Virus record (IMG/VR): IMGVR_UViG_3300027808_002699
Source: an uncultured virus (IMG/VR IMGVR_UViG_3300027808_002699)
Taxonomy: Duplodnaviria > Heunggongvirae > Uroviricota > Caudoviricetes
Strand: one strand, 5' to 3'
Length of the DNA stretch: 64,000 bases
Shown one piece after another: positions 1 to 10,000 of the stretch. The notes under the pieces were generated by a model. It did no database searches and had not been told where the DNA came from. It saw nothing but the letters and a program-made list of their open reading frames with translations. The position numbers were made by a program, and so were the translations under genes. Within the stretch, counting starts at the first letter, position 1, and the number at the start of each line of letters is the position of its first letter.

Positions 1-21
1 GCATAGTTTAACTTTATCTTA

Positions 22-741
22 TTAAAGTCCGTTTGTCTTAAAGGCAACCCAGCCACAGAAGTTATATGACTGCCAAAAGCGCTGAATAGTGAACCCAGCA
101 TCCTTGAGCATTTGCTCATTGGCTAGTTCCGTCTGGGATACCATAACATTCTCCAACGACATACGCTTTTGTTCAATAGCATCTAGTGAATAGCCGTTTT
201 TGTGCTTCATGGCGTGATATGTGGAAACAATCGTCTTCTGAGCGATATCTGAAGGGCAGGTGATTTTTTCTAAAAATACCAGCACTCCATTGGGGCGCAG
301 GGTTTTATGCATTTTCTTAATAATGGATGGTCGATACTCCATTGGAATGAACTGAAGAGTGAAGATGCTTAGAATCACATCAAAGTCATCCGAGAACTTG
401 GGGAATACTGATTCCTGTTTGACATCCCAGTTAATCCAGTAACAAGATTCATCCTGATAGTTGAGTCTTGCCTTCTCCAGCATGGGTTCAGAATTATCAA
501 GACCGATATATGTATTAATATTTAAATTAAAATCAGTTAATGATTTGTAAGCCTGACCATCACTGCAACCTATGTCCAGAATGTCTAAATTCTTTCCTTC
601 AAAGTATGTCTTCAGCAGGAGTGCTACTGATTCACGCATCCATTCATGTCCAGGAATTGAACGGTCAAGCATATTCTCAAACACCTGAGCGACATCATTA
701 TTGAATTCCCATTTTCCTTCTGGAAATGTCTCATCAATCAC
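22..741 (-). CDS. cmoA: CmoA-like carboxy-S-adenosyl-L-methionine synthase (class I SAM fold)
   Basis: Motifs collinear with bacterial CmoA along the whole length: WEF..DVAQVF.NML.RSIPG, DIGCS.G, DNS..M, FTLQF, EK, NGYS...I.QKR..LENVM, AGF....W.Q.YNF. Confidence 0.85.
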   Translation of the reverse strand: MIDETFPEGKWEFNNDVAQVFENMLDRSIPGHEWMRESVALLLKTYFEGKNLDILDIGCSDGQAYKSLTDFNLNINTYIGLDNSEPMLEKARLNYQDESCYWINWDVKQESVFPKFSDDFDVILSIFTLQFIPMEYRPSIIKKMHKTLRPNGVLVFLEKITCPSDIAQKTIVSTYHAMKHKNGYSLDAIEQKRMSLENVMVSQTELANEQMLKDAGFTIQRFWQSYNFCGWVAFKTNGL

Positions 742-2288
742 AGTTCTATTCCCAACCTCTTGCTGAATGCTGCTTTTGCCTCTTCTGCCAGACCAAGGCG
801 CTTATCGTTCGGATGAGGGAGGTCAAACTCAAACTCTAGAGCGGCTCTCAACTTATCGATATCTACTGGATGGGGTCTCTTGGCAACTGCCTGAATTAGA
901 CCATTCTTGGCTGTCTCAAATACATCTACATGCTTGAAGCCTTGAAGCCACAGTTCTTTCCATTCGGTTTCTGAATGATACTTCTGCACTTTTGGCTTCA
1001 GTGAGATATCGGCAACAATAATTCGAGGTTCGTAGTCAAGAGGAAATCCACCACTTGAAGTGTCGTGGCCTTTCTTGACATCACCATGAGCATGATTATG
1101 CCATCTGTCTGAATCTGTGCTAATTACCGATGCATAGACTGCGCTGTTCTCCGAACAAAGAGCAGAGATGATGGCGACAATGTGAAGACGGTCTTGGTAG
1201 AAAGGAACGCTATTGAGAACGCTTGAAATAAAGATTGATGAGAACTTGGTTCCATCTGCTACGCGGCTTAGGAAATGCGAACACAGTTTTCTGGCAGCAT
1301 CGGTATCGATTGTTTCTGCATCGCCAGCAAGAAAGAATGGTTCGAATGGGGTGCAGTCGACACCCACAATATTATTTAGAATGTCGGTCTTGTCGCACAA
1401 TCCAGCACCAAAGTCAATTACATGTTCTCCGTAGTAACGCTTCCACAGTTCAATGTGCTTTGGGTCATCCAGGTGGAAAGCAGCATTTCTATTTCCAGAT
1501 GGAACATGATAGCGAAGCATGTCTTCCAGGAATGTTGGAGTAAGGATTTGTACTCTTTGGTTCTTTCGTCTGAAAGAGTTATACCTGAGCAAGTCTGCAT
1601 ATCTATCTTCAAGATTGAAGTCCATAGAAATTAGATTCATCATCGCCGTTACTTCTTCAGAAACATCAGAAGATACTTTTACGGTATCGATGAAATCGAC
1701 CCCACCCTGAGATACAAAAGTAAGTCTTGCTCTGCCATTAAGAACTTTTAGTTTGTCATCTATGATTACTGGCATCATCGGGAGCCCGCTTGACTTCAAC
1801 TGAGAAGCCATAACAATGCCATGCTGTTCAGTCCATCTGTCATTTAACTTCATTAGCCTGAGAACTGACTCTGGACGAAGTTTAAGTACTGGATACCATT
1901 CTGGTGTATCTACTTGGATACTAGGAAGAAGTTTTACTCTCTCAACTACATCCTGCTTTTCGCGCATAGTCTCAAGAAGGTCGCGAGATGAGGTGTTCTT
2001 TTTAATATCGTTCGTAGCGCGGTTATAAAGAACATTTATTCCCATTCGTCTTTCGATGGGCAAAGGTTTTACATAGATAACTGGAACCTTTGTAGCACCC
2101 AATTCTTTAGCCATTAGATGGCGTTGATGTCCTGAAAGGATTTCACCATTGGAGTCTGCATAGATGGGAAGAAGCCAACCAAACTTCTGAAGAGATAACT
2201 TAACTAGGTCAAGTCTTTCTCTATCCGCTTTTCGTGGGTTATATGTAGATGGTTGAAGTGAATCAATATCTACAAGTATTGGCTTCAT
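738..2288 (-). CDS. ParB/Srx-like N-terminal domain(s) fused to a SAM-dependent methyltransferase-like domain
   Basis: N-terminal YNPR...SL.KFG...PI....ILSGHQR (ParB/Srx); a second degenerate copy (PVIIDD...VLNGRARL); C-terminal DFGAG motif I and ISSVLNSVP motif. Confidence 0.7.
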   Translation of the reverse strand: MKPILVDIDSLQPSTYNPRKADRERLDLVKLSLQKFGWLLPIYADSNGEILSGHQRHLMAKELGATKVPVIYVKPLPIERRMGINVLYNRATNDIKKNTSSRDLLETMREKQDVVERVKLLPSIQVDTPEWYPVLKLRPESVLRLMKLNDRWTEQHGIVMASQLKSSGLPMMPVIIDDKLKVLNGRARLTFVSQGGVDFIDTVKVSSDVSEEVTAMMNLISMDFNLEDRYADLLRYNSFRRKNQRVQILTPTFLEDMLRYHVPSGNRNAAFHLDDPKHIELWKRYYGEHVIDFGAGLCDKTDILNNIVGVDCTPFEPFFLAGDAETIDTDAARKLCSHFLSRVADGTKFSSIFISSVLNSVPFYQDRLHIVAIISALCSENSAVYASVISTDSDRWHNHAHGDVKKGHDTSSGGFPLDYEPRIIVADISLKPKVQKYHSETEWKELWLQGFKHVDVFETAKNGLIQAVAKRPHPVDIDKLRAALEFEFDLPHPNDKRLGLAEEAKAAFSKRLGIEL

Positions 2289-3604
2289 TACTCATCGCCC
2301 TGACGGCGCGCACTCTTCTTTTTTGACTTACGCTGACGAGTACATACCCATGAATCATCTGGCAAGCCGAGCAATTCAATTATTCCACCACATACCTCAT
2401 CGTAAGAGTATCCATAGTTATCGAACATATGCTCTTCCCACTCATCAAAGAACTTGCGTTCAAACTTAATTTCCCACTTGCCGACGATTGCAGTGACATT
2501 TCTGTCTTTGTCAATATCATCCGAGTTATTCGTTGGCTTTTCCTGAAGGCCCCACCCAGCAACTTCTTTAAGAAGGTCATCAACATCGTCTGGTGAATAT
2601 CCAGTTCCTTCAAATGATTTCATGTCTTTTAGAATGTCGACAAGACCAACATGGTCGTATGAGCCAAGGTCAGCAGTGCGATTATCTGCAAGAACAATAC
2701 GAGCAGCCGCTTCATCATCCACTTCAACCCAGGAAACAGCAATCTCGCGCCAGCCAAGCATCTTGGCGGCCTTCCATGTGTGGTTTCCGACAAGGATTGA
2801 ATTGTCTGTTTTGTTTACAACGATTGGTCGAAACTGACCATTCTTTGAAAGCGATTCAGCGATTAGTCCTACATCTCCTTGACGAGCATTCATTGGGTAC
2901 GGGAATACGCTATTAATATCAACAGTATTAACCTCAAGCATTGAGGTCTTACTTTCTTCTTTGATGATTTTCTTTTTAACTGGCCTGCCGCTTCGAGCCT
3001 TTGCAGGAATCGGAGTGGCATCAGTAAGGTTTAGTTTCTTACGAATGTACTCTTCGACTTCTGTGTAGTTCTGCTCTACATCGCTTGCCCATCCAGCATA
3101 AACATCGTCATCGACTAGGCATCGGTATGAACCTACGCAGATACGAACTTCTGTTCCTACGGCTCCAGTACGAGTGCCATTAGGTGCTTCAAATAAGCCA
3201 CCGCCATCAAAAAGGGAATTAAGTTGGTCAATATCTGTATCTGTGAATCCAGTTCCCTTTAGGTCGGGAAGTGATTGGAGAAGTTCAAGTAGTTTTGAGT
3301 CATCGTAGATTGACATATCAGATGTACGGTTGTCAGCAAGCACAATGCGGGCGGCTTCTTGGTCATCTACATCTACCCATGAAACAGCGATAGTTGTCCA
3401 TCCAAGAGACCTAGCGGCTCGCCATGTATGGTTTCCAGCAAGAATCGCATTGTCGCGGCGATTGGCAACAATGGGCTTGTACTGACCATTTACTTCGAGA
3501 GACCTAGCAATCTCATCCACATCACCACGGCGGGGATTCTTGGGATAAGGCTTCAGTTCGCCAATTGCTACTGTCTCTGTACTAACTCTAATATTTGCAT
3601 CCAT
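2288..3604 (-). CDS. Protein with two tandem ParB/Srx-like domains
   Basis: Two close copies of P(K/M)N.R.GDV..IA.SL..NGQ..PIV.N..DN.IL.GNHTW.AA..LGW..IAVSWV.VDD..AARIVLADNRT. Confidence 0.85.
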   Translation of the reverse strand: MDANIRVSTETVAIGELKPYPKNPRRGDVDEIARSLEVNGQYKPIVANRRDNAILAGNHTWRAARSLGWTTIAVSWVDVDDQEAARIVLADNRTSDMSIYDDSKLLELLQSLPDLKGTGFTDTDIDQLNSLFDGGGLFEAPNGTRTGAVGTEVRICVGSYRCLVDDDVYAGWASDVEQNYTEVEEYIRKKLNLTDATPIPAKARSGRPVKKKIIKEESKTSMLEVNTVDINSVFPYPMNARQGDVGLIAESLSKNGQFRPIVVNKTDNSILVGNHTWKAAKMLGWREIAVSWVEVDDEAAARIVLADNRTADLGSYDHVGLVDILKDMKSFEGTGYSPDDVDDLLKEVAGWGLQEKPTNNSDDIDKDRNVTAIVGKWEIKFERKFFDEWEEHMFDNYGYSYDEVCGGIIELLGLPDDSWVCTRQRKSKKKSARRQGDE

Positions 3605-3625
3605 GATGCATTAGTATAGTCGTTA

Positions 3626-3976
3626 TTAATGACTGTTGTTGGTAAACCTAGAGCGTAATTGTTTAATTATCGCTTTAGTATTCGCATATTCTTCTTCGGT
3701 TTGTGTAGGCATTGCCAGTTCACGGCTCTGTGATTCAAGTCTGCGCATCTCTTCAACACGCTCTCTCTTGAACGGCTGAATGGCCTCTTTAAATTCTGCC
3801 CATGCAGGCCAAAACTTACAGGTATCCTCTATGCGCTTAATCGCTCTTCGAGCATCAGAATATTCATAGTCTGCAAGATTCTCTTCCCACCTAATAACTT
3901 CTTCTACAAGTAGATTTTTATTTGGAAAACAGATGTTAAGTTCCGCGATGATGCGGTCTGCCTCGTCAATATTCAC
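3626..3976 (-). CDS. Putative helicase loader/inhibitor-like protein (G39P-like)
   Basis: W...L.DY.Y.D...AI......KFWP..AE pattern; lies downstream of the replication initiator; GTG start overlaps the upstream stop (TAGTG). Confidence 0.5.
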   Translation of the reverse strand: MNIDEADRIIAELNICFPNKNLLVEEVIRWEENLADYEYSDARRAIKRIEDTCKFWPAWAEFKEAIQPFKRERVEEMRRLESQSRELAMPTQTEEEYANTKAIIKQLRSRFTNNSH

Positions 3977-4242
3977 TAGTACTCCAAAGGCATAACAACG
4001 ATTGGAGTCTGTTCTCCAAGCCATGCGCCGAAGATGTTGAACTCAATGTATTCACAAGCCTCTTCAAAATCCATTTTATCCCTATTTGTCAGGACATCAA
4101 TCATGAGTTCCCATGAGTAGACAGCCAGAATAGGCTCATTGAATCTTTGAGAGAAGCCTATAAATGCTTCATCGAATCCATCCATCAAGATAGTGCTCTG
4201 ACCAGTCTCTTCCAGGTATTCTTCTATTTTATTTCTATTCAT
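3976..4242 (-). CDS. Hypothetical phage protein
   Basis: 88 aa from MNRNK; DGFDEAFIG...AVYS...EEA.EY.EFN..GAW.GE.TP is a familiar phage ORF pattern; coupled to both neighbours. Confidence 0.65.
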   Translation of the reverse strand: MNRNKIEEYLEETGQSTILMDGFDEAFIGFSQRFNEPILAVYSWELMIDVLTNRDKMDFEEACEYIEFNIFGAWLGEQTPIVVMPLEY

Positions 4243-4864
4243 TGTTATTCCTTTGCTCACGCGCTTGTTTAATGGCATTCCATCCTTGTGGAACACTCTT
4301 TGTTTTATCTTCAACGACCATAGTGGTCTCATCCAATTCTGACCAATGACCAGCAAGTGCTATGGGTGTCATTGCCACATTTGGGAACTTGACTTTATAG
4401 GACTTAGAGCGCAGAATTATCTGCTCAGGCGTTGCACCTGACTCTTTAAGCGCCTTAACAGCCCTGTTGTGCCTTCCACGCTCTTGAGAGTTTACAGTGG
4501 CTGAATTAACGCCACAGACCAGCATGACGGCATCCCATATCTCATCACGCTTCTTCTCAACAGTTGCTACCTTGTTAGATGGCTTTGCTTTTGGCTTATC
4601 GATATGACAACCCATCACAACTCTATAAAGATTGCTATGTCCAGGCCTATCCATAGTCTGCAACTCACCAATATCGTGAAGGTTCTGAATACAGCGTTGA
4701 ACTGTACGAGAACTTAAACCCGTCTTGCGTGAAATTGTGCCTACAGAAGGCCATGCATTGCTTCCATCATCCCATGCATTATCTGCAATCGCTAATAGAA
4801 CAAACTTATCTGTTCCTGTCGCCTTAGAGTCTTTCCAGACCCACGACATTACCCCAATACTCAT
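4235..4864 (-). CDS. Phage replication initiator-like winged-HTH protein
   Basis: KFVLLAIADNA.DDG..AWPS..TI.RKTGLS.RTVQR.I..L...G.L, typical of HTH_36-type phage replication proteins. Confidence 0.75.
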   Translation of the reverse strand: MSIGVMSWVWKDSKATGTDKFVLLAIADNAWDDGSNAWPSVGTISRKTGLSSRTVQRCIQNLHDIGELQTMDRPGHSNLYRVVMGCHIDKPKAKPSNKVATVEKKRDEIWDAVMLVCGVNSATVNSQERGRHNRAVKALKESGATPEQIILRSKSYKVKFPNVAMTPIALAGHWSELDETTMVVEDKTKSVPQGWNAIKQAREQRNNNE

Positions 4865-4876
4865 TATTACTCCAAA

Positions 4877-5407
4877 CTACTTTCGCAGTATAGACACCTT
4901 TTCTGATTTTTCCACTTCGCAGAAATCATCAGGGTTCATTCCAGGAACAATGTTGCGTAGAGCAGTTACTCGCCAGTCACGGATAGCGGCTGTTGCGGTC
5001 AAGTTTCTAATTACATTATCAATGAGTGGCTTAGCAATTGTAATAATATCAATCAATTCACCAGTCTCAGGATTTACAACTTCTCCATCGGCGTTAGATA
5101 GAGATGTGTTAATTACTGCTTCAATCAGGGTCTTGTGTTCCCAATTTTTACGGCGTGATGAAATCTTGCGCTCTACAACATGTGTGCCAAAGTCATGAAC
5201 CTTTTCACCATTGATTGTCATATTGTGAACCATTGCTTCGTTGATTGAGTTCTCAATAACGCTTAGTTGCTTCTTGTACTCAGACATCAAGAACAGTGCT
5301 TCAAATGCCATATTCATATCCATGTCTTCCACGGATACAAATTCCTTTACAGCATTCTCGCATTGAACAATGGCTGTGCTTAGAGCATCAATATCTTCAT
5401 TCAACAT
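4877..5407 (-). CDS. Hypothetical protein in the recombination/replication module
   Basis: 176 aa ORF coupled to the HIRAN gene; contains a NPETGE motif. Confidence 0.6.
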   Translation of the reverse strand: MLNEDIDALSTAIVQCENAVKEFVSVEDMDMNMAFEALFLMSEYKKQLSVIENSINEAMVHNMTINGEKVHDFGTHVVERKISSRRKNWEHKTLIEAVINTSLSNADGEVVNPETGELIDIITIAKPLIDNVIRNLTATAAIRDWRVTALRNIVPGMNPDDFCEVEKSEKVSILRK

Positions 5408-5729
5408 GTGGACTCCAGATGGTTATCTTGATTCCAGGGTTGTCAGGGTTATCTTGGGAGATAACAATTCCTTCTACCGAGCAGTTGTATTCGATACCGC
5501 AGTCCATTTGGGGAGCAACGAATCCTGCCATCTTCTTTGAGATGTGACCTAGTTTTTTACCATCTTTATAAATGGAGATAGCATTAGGGTCAAATTCATT
5601 ATTTGGCTCTCTAACTAGGTCTAGTGAATCATCACCAAGAGCAAAGCCAGAGGCAATAGCAAACACATTATTAGGGTAATCATCGTTGAATGTCAGTCCT
5701 ACTATTTTGGTTGTAAAAATTAACTGCAC
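5397..5729 (-). CDS. Stand-alone HIRAN domain protein
   Basis: IVGLTF...LVREPNNEFDPNAI.I...G.KLGHI is the HIRAN signature. Confidence 0.85.
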   Translation of the reverse strand: MQLIFTTKIVGLTFNDDYPNNVFAIASGFALGDDSLDLVREPNNEFDPNAISIYKDGKKLGHISKKMAGFVAPQMDCGIEYNCSVEGIVISQDNPDNPGIKITIWSPHVE

Positions 5730-5731
5730 TA

Positions 5732-6631
5732 TTAGTCTTGACTTGCAGTGAACATATCAACCATTTGCGTATATTCACGCTCTGGAATCTTATCTGCCCA
5801 CTTATCAGGCTCTCCAAATGCGGCAATCACTTCAAGACGAATCTCTTCATCGAGCATCTCGAATAGTGCCTTCAGACCGTCTGTATTGAACAAATCTGCT
5901 TCGTCCTCTTCTGCATCGTGAACTTCTTCTTCGAAGCCTTCACGGGCTGCATGCATGCCTTCCAGGAGGATTACAAGTGTATTGAGTTCACCACGGGACA
6001 TAGGCCATTGGCGATTATTCAGTTTGAGGTGTTCTGAACGCAGTTCTTCTTTTTCCTGTTCATTCAAGTCATTTGAACGAATCTTAAAATTGCGATGTGC
6101 TTCATCACGCTCAATGTCTGTAGACCAGTCAGTAGATGGCTTAACAGGGCGTTCCTTGGATTCCATAGCAACTACTGGAGCAGATACTTGATTTCCAGCA
6201 ATGGTCGTCTTGTGGGAAACTTGATTGTTTGCAGTTGTTGAAGTAGTAACTACATTTGCAATAGTGGGCTTCTCATCCTTACCAGCATTGATGTACTTGG
6301 TCATAGTACGCAAGTCATCAATAGTGTCAGGGTAACCAGCCTTCTTGAGAGCGCGACCCATAGCCTTTGAGCAGAGCACATGCCATGCATCGCTGTCCTT
6401 AATTTTGCCAGCATCACTTTGCGACTTATATGCCGTAATCATGATTGGGTCATTAGGGAAACGAGTAATCTCTGCTACGCAAAACTTCTCATCAGCAGTC
6501 TTCGAAAAAGATGATGGGATGTTAAGAACCTGAGCATCGGCTTCATGAAACTTAATTTCACCTTCAGGCCAGTCGGCCTTGAATAAAGCCCAGCGTAGGG
6601 ATGTTGATAGGTAGCCTTCTTGAATTGCCAT
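5732..6631 (-). CDS. Putative single-strand annealing protein (Rad52/Sak-like N-terminus, acidic C-terminus)
   Basis: Y....RW..FK..WP.G.I start and SKAMGRAL..AG motif resemble phage Rad52/Sak-like proteins; strong SD (AAGGAG). Confidence 0.4.
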   Translation of the reverse strand: MAIQEGYLSTSLRWALFKADWPEGEIKFHEADAQVLNIPSSFSKTADEKFCVAEITRFPNDPIMITAYKSQSDAGKIKDSDAWHVLCSKAMGRALKKAGYPDTIDDLRTMTKYINAGKDEKPTIANVVTTSTTANNQVSHKTTIAGNQVSAPVVAMESKERPVKPSTDWSTDIERDEAHRNFKIRSNDLNEQEKEELRSEHLKLNNRQWPMSRGELNTLVILLEGMHAAREGFEEEVHDAEEDEADLFNTDGLKALFEMLDEEIRLEVIAAFGEPDKWADKIPEREYTQMVDMFTASQD

Positions 6632-6639
6632 TTGTTATT

Positions 6640-6664
6640 CTCCTTGTAAGGAATTGTTATTATA
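6640..6664 (-). promoter_or_regulatory. Promoter -10 box TATAAT and SD AAGGAG for the recombination/replication operon
   Basis: Minus strand reads CCCCC-TATAAT-aacaattccttac-AAGGAG-aataacaa-ATG. Confidence 0.6.
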
Positions 6665-6672
6665 GGGGGTGA

Positions 6673-6831
6673 TTATTGATTATCCAACACTGCTGTTGGA
6701 GTTTCTAGTTCAGCATTTTTTGTGCGTAACTGAGAGTTTAGTGCTTGAAGAATAGCAATATCGCGAGACATTGCTGCCACTTGATTACTGAGTGATTCAA
6801 TCACTGCATTTGGGTCTACTTGTTCATTCAT
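6673..6831 (-). CDS. Small coiled-coil protein (52 aa, not in the ORF track)
   Basis: My translation: MNEQVDPNAVIESLSNQVAAMSRDIAILQALNSQLRTKNAELETPTAVLDNQ*; AGGAG SD upstream; fills the gap between two genes. Confidence 0.7.
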   Translation of the reverse strand: MNEQVDPNAVIESLSNQVAAMSRDIAILQALNSQLRTKNAELETPTAVLDNQ

Positions 6832-6843
6832 TATTTTCTCCTA

Positions 6844-7065
6844 TTATTGTTCATCTAATGGTATCGGTGCCATTGGTACAACGGACATAATTTCATCAAT
6901 TGTTTTACCTACTATATCGGCTCCAAGAATTTTTACTCCTTGAGATAATATATTATTGTACATGCCTTCTAATGAATTTAATCCATGATTCAAAACCCAT
7001 TGTTCTTTATCTTCTGGCTTACAAATCTTTGATAAAATATAATCATATTTTGAGTCAATTTCCAT
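6844..7065 (-). CDS. Hypothetical protein downstream of the tail tip gene
   Basis: 73 aa; overlaps the stop of the upstream gene. Confidence 0.55.
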   Translation of the reverse strand: MEIDSKYDYILSKICKPEDKEQWVLNHGLNSLEGMYNNILSQGVKILGADIVGKTIDEIMSVVPMAPIPLDEQ

Positions 7066-10000
7066 TTTTTACCTTCTTTAATTGGTTTATTTCTTCAGAT
7101 AGTTCCTGAATTGATTTTATACAGATAGAGAGTATCGCATTAGTATCAACAGAAAGCAAATCTTCGTTCTTTGAATCTTTTCCAACTTTAATAATATCTG
7201 GAAAATACTCTCTTACCTCTTGAGCAATAAATCCATAGCGTTTAGGCTCGCCTTTAATGTGCTTCATATTATATCTTTTAATAGATATGCTATTTAAAAG
7301 AGGCAGTACTGCGCCTAAGTCATCAAAGTTTTCTTTTAATTTAATATCTGAATACAGGTAAGTTCCAGCATTAATAATCCCACCGTATGTGATAGTCATT
7401 GCATCATATGCTTGACCATATGTGTCCCAGTTTGTCGCATCTCTAAAGTGAAGTGACGCATCTCCCCATCCGCCAGCACCAAGGCTTGCTCCAATTCTAA
7501 AACCGCTATGATGATTGTATGTTCCACCCCAAATGCCAGTGTCAGTGACAATCGAAAGCAGGTTATATCCTTCTCCGCCTTTATATCCGTCATCGCCAAC
7601 TCTTACACTTGCTACGCGGCTTCCAAGTCCAACAAATGTTCCCAGCGAAGTGAAAAAACCACCGCCAGTCAAATAGTATCCTGATGCTGTAACAACTGGT
7701 GAACTAATATTATCAGATGCCGTAATGGTTCCATGAGTTAAATAAATGCTTTTAACAATACTCGCGGAAGAATCTTTCGACATAATCGAAATATTACCCA
7801 CTGACTGTCCAACATATGCTTCACGGCAACTTATGTCAATGCCTCCACCCAGTGAAGATGCTGGGCTTATTGGCCTACTTGATAGTTGAATTGCGTTATT
7901 AAATATGATAACGGTTTCTTGAATATTTGCATTCGATACACTATAGCCTTCAAAATATGCATTGCTTCTTACTTGTGTTGAACCGATATCAAATTGTGTA
8001 TATCGGTTCCAAGGGGCATTATATGATGTTGATGTTAATCCACCCGAAAATAAAGACAAATTATAGTTACTTGCTCCACTTGCTGTATAAATATTTATAG
8101 AACCACCACTATTAAGAGTAAGTGGTCCACCAGTTAATGTATATTCCCCAATTGTCCATCCACCAATTGTTCCACTAGTCGACTTTAATATTCCTTGATT
8201 GGTGACACTAAATTTTCCAGTTAATAGTGTTGCCCCGCCAGACCAAATGTTTCCCGCATTGTCCACCCTAAACCAGTTGGGTGAAGTTCCACTTGAAAAC
8301 TGACCTCTCACTTGAACATCAGAGAATTCGGCAGAACCAGCAGACCTAATAATCCATCCAGTTAAACCAGTAGCAAAGTTTGGAGACTTAATTGCTCCAC
8401 CGACTACTTGAAGTGCATTTGCATCTTGTTCAGTCGTGTTTGCACCGCCGCCTGCAGAAAAGAAAGCAGTTGGAGCGGTGGAGCCACCTGGCTCGCCATT
8501 TGAGTTTAAAGAGATAACTCTTGTAAGGTATGGGCGGTTAGATGTTCCCAATCCTTCTACGGTTGCGCTTGTCTGGTTAGCAGATGCTCTGACTGAATAT
8601 GATTCAGTAACTAGTCTTACCGTAGCCGCGCTTGGCGAAGATGTTTTATCTGGTCCAGGGTTTGAGTATGTAACAGTGGTTGTACTTGGGACAGCAGTAA
8701 CAACGGCATTGAAATAATCAACCGTTGCGTCTCCAGTATTGTCAATAATAATCTTTTGACCAACAAACAATCCGTGCGCCCGAGATGTTGTTAGAACAGT
8801 TGCATTATTGAGTCTTACATAAGATGCAATTTTAATACCAGAATCAAACCTTGAAGCGTCTGTCAATGTACCTGACTGGTTTGTCCCAGCATTTGAATAC
8901 GAGAAGGTTCCATTAAGAACTGCCGTAACTACAGCATTGGTAACATTGAAAGAACCATATGTTGGGTTAGCCATATTTACGGTAACAAGGTCGCCAGCAG
9001 TCATTAAGTGAGCGTCAGCAGATGTGAGAGTTGCAGTTTCAGAAACTCTAGACAATGCAGTAATTCTATTTAATGAACTTGTTCTGTAGACAGACGCTTC
9101 ATATCCAGATGCTCCACTGGAACCGCTGATATTCCATGAAACTGTTACCTTGTTGGAAAGTCCAACAATTGATGCAACTGGAGTGTTCTTGATTGACGGA
9201 GCAGCAACTCTTTCATTTCCAGCAGCAGCGAATGTGCGTAGTCTGGAACCCTGCGATGTGCCGTAGATTGATTGATTCTGAAGTTTTACAAGAGCATCTG
9301 GAATAACTGATTCAAGAGTGAGTTGAACAGATGTCTGCATGTCTGAGCCGATGCTTACAGATATGCCATTAACTACCCTTGCCTCGTATGAGCCAATTTT
9401 GTATTCAATAAGGATTTTATCGCCAACATTAAAGTTTTTGAATGCCTGACGACCGCTTGTCTCTACAAAGTCGATGTCGATTCCAAATGTAAGACCAGCG
9501 GCTTTTGTGAGTCCAGTACTGGCAATATTATCCAATGTGTCAGAGTCGTTGCCGCTGTTGGTGTAATAGCCTTCACGCCTACCATGCGTAGAGATAATTC
9601 CCGTGTCTGTGCTGTTGGCAATCAAATAGTTATTTGATGCAAAAACCACTGAGCGCATATCTCGTGCTGATGTTTTTGTTTCTGAAGAATTAGCAAGTGG
9701 CAAAGAGAGCATTACTGCTGCTGTTCCACTAGTCCTGTCTGTTCCGAATGGAATAGTATAAAGATTATTGGGCTTGCGAGCGATGGAAACTACACCAGTT
9801 GGAGATACATGCCAATGACATTCAGTCTGGTCGCATACTGACTGGATTAACTCAAGGAGTGACTTTCCAAAGTCAATAGTAATGTTTCCACCGTCTTTAG
9901 GTGTAGAACTTTTTGAATCTGTTAATCCTTCGGATGCAGTAAGAACAGAATCAATAGACAGCGCCCATGTAACCTTATTGGCTGCTCCTCCACGACCATA

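Noticed and set aside
738..3604. Plasmid-type ParABS partition system
   Set aside because: No ParA ATPase, no HTH after the ParB domains and no parS-like repeats seen; the context is modification enzymes.
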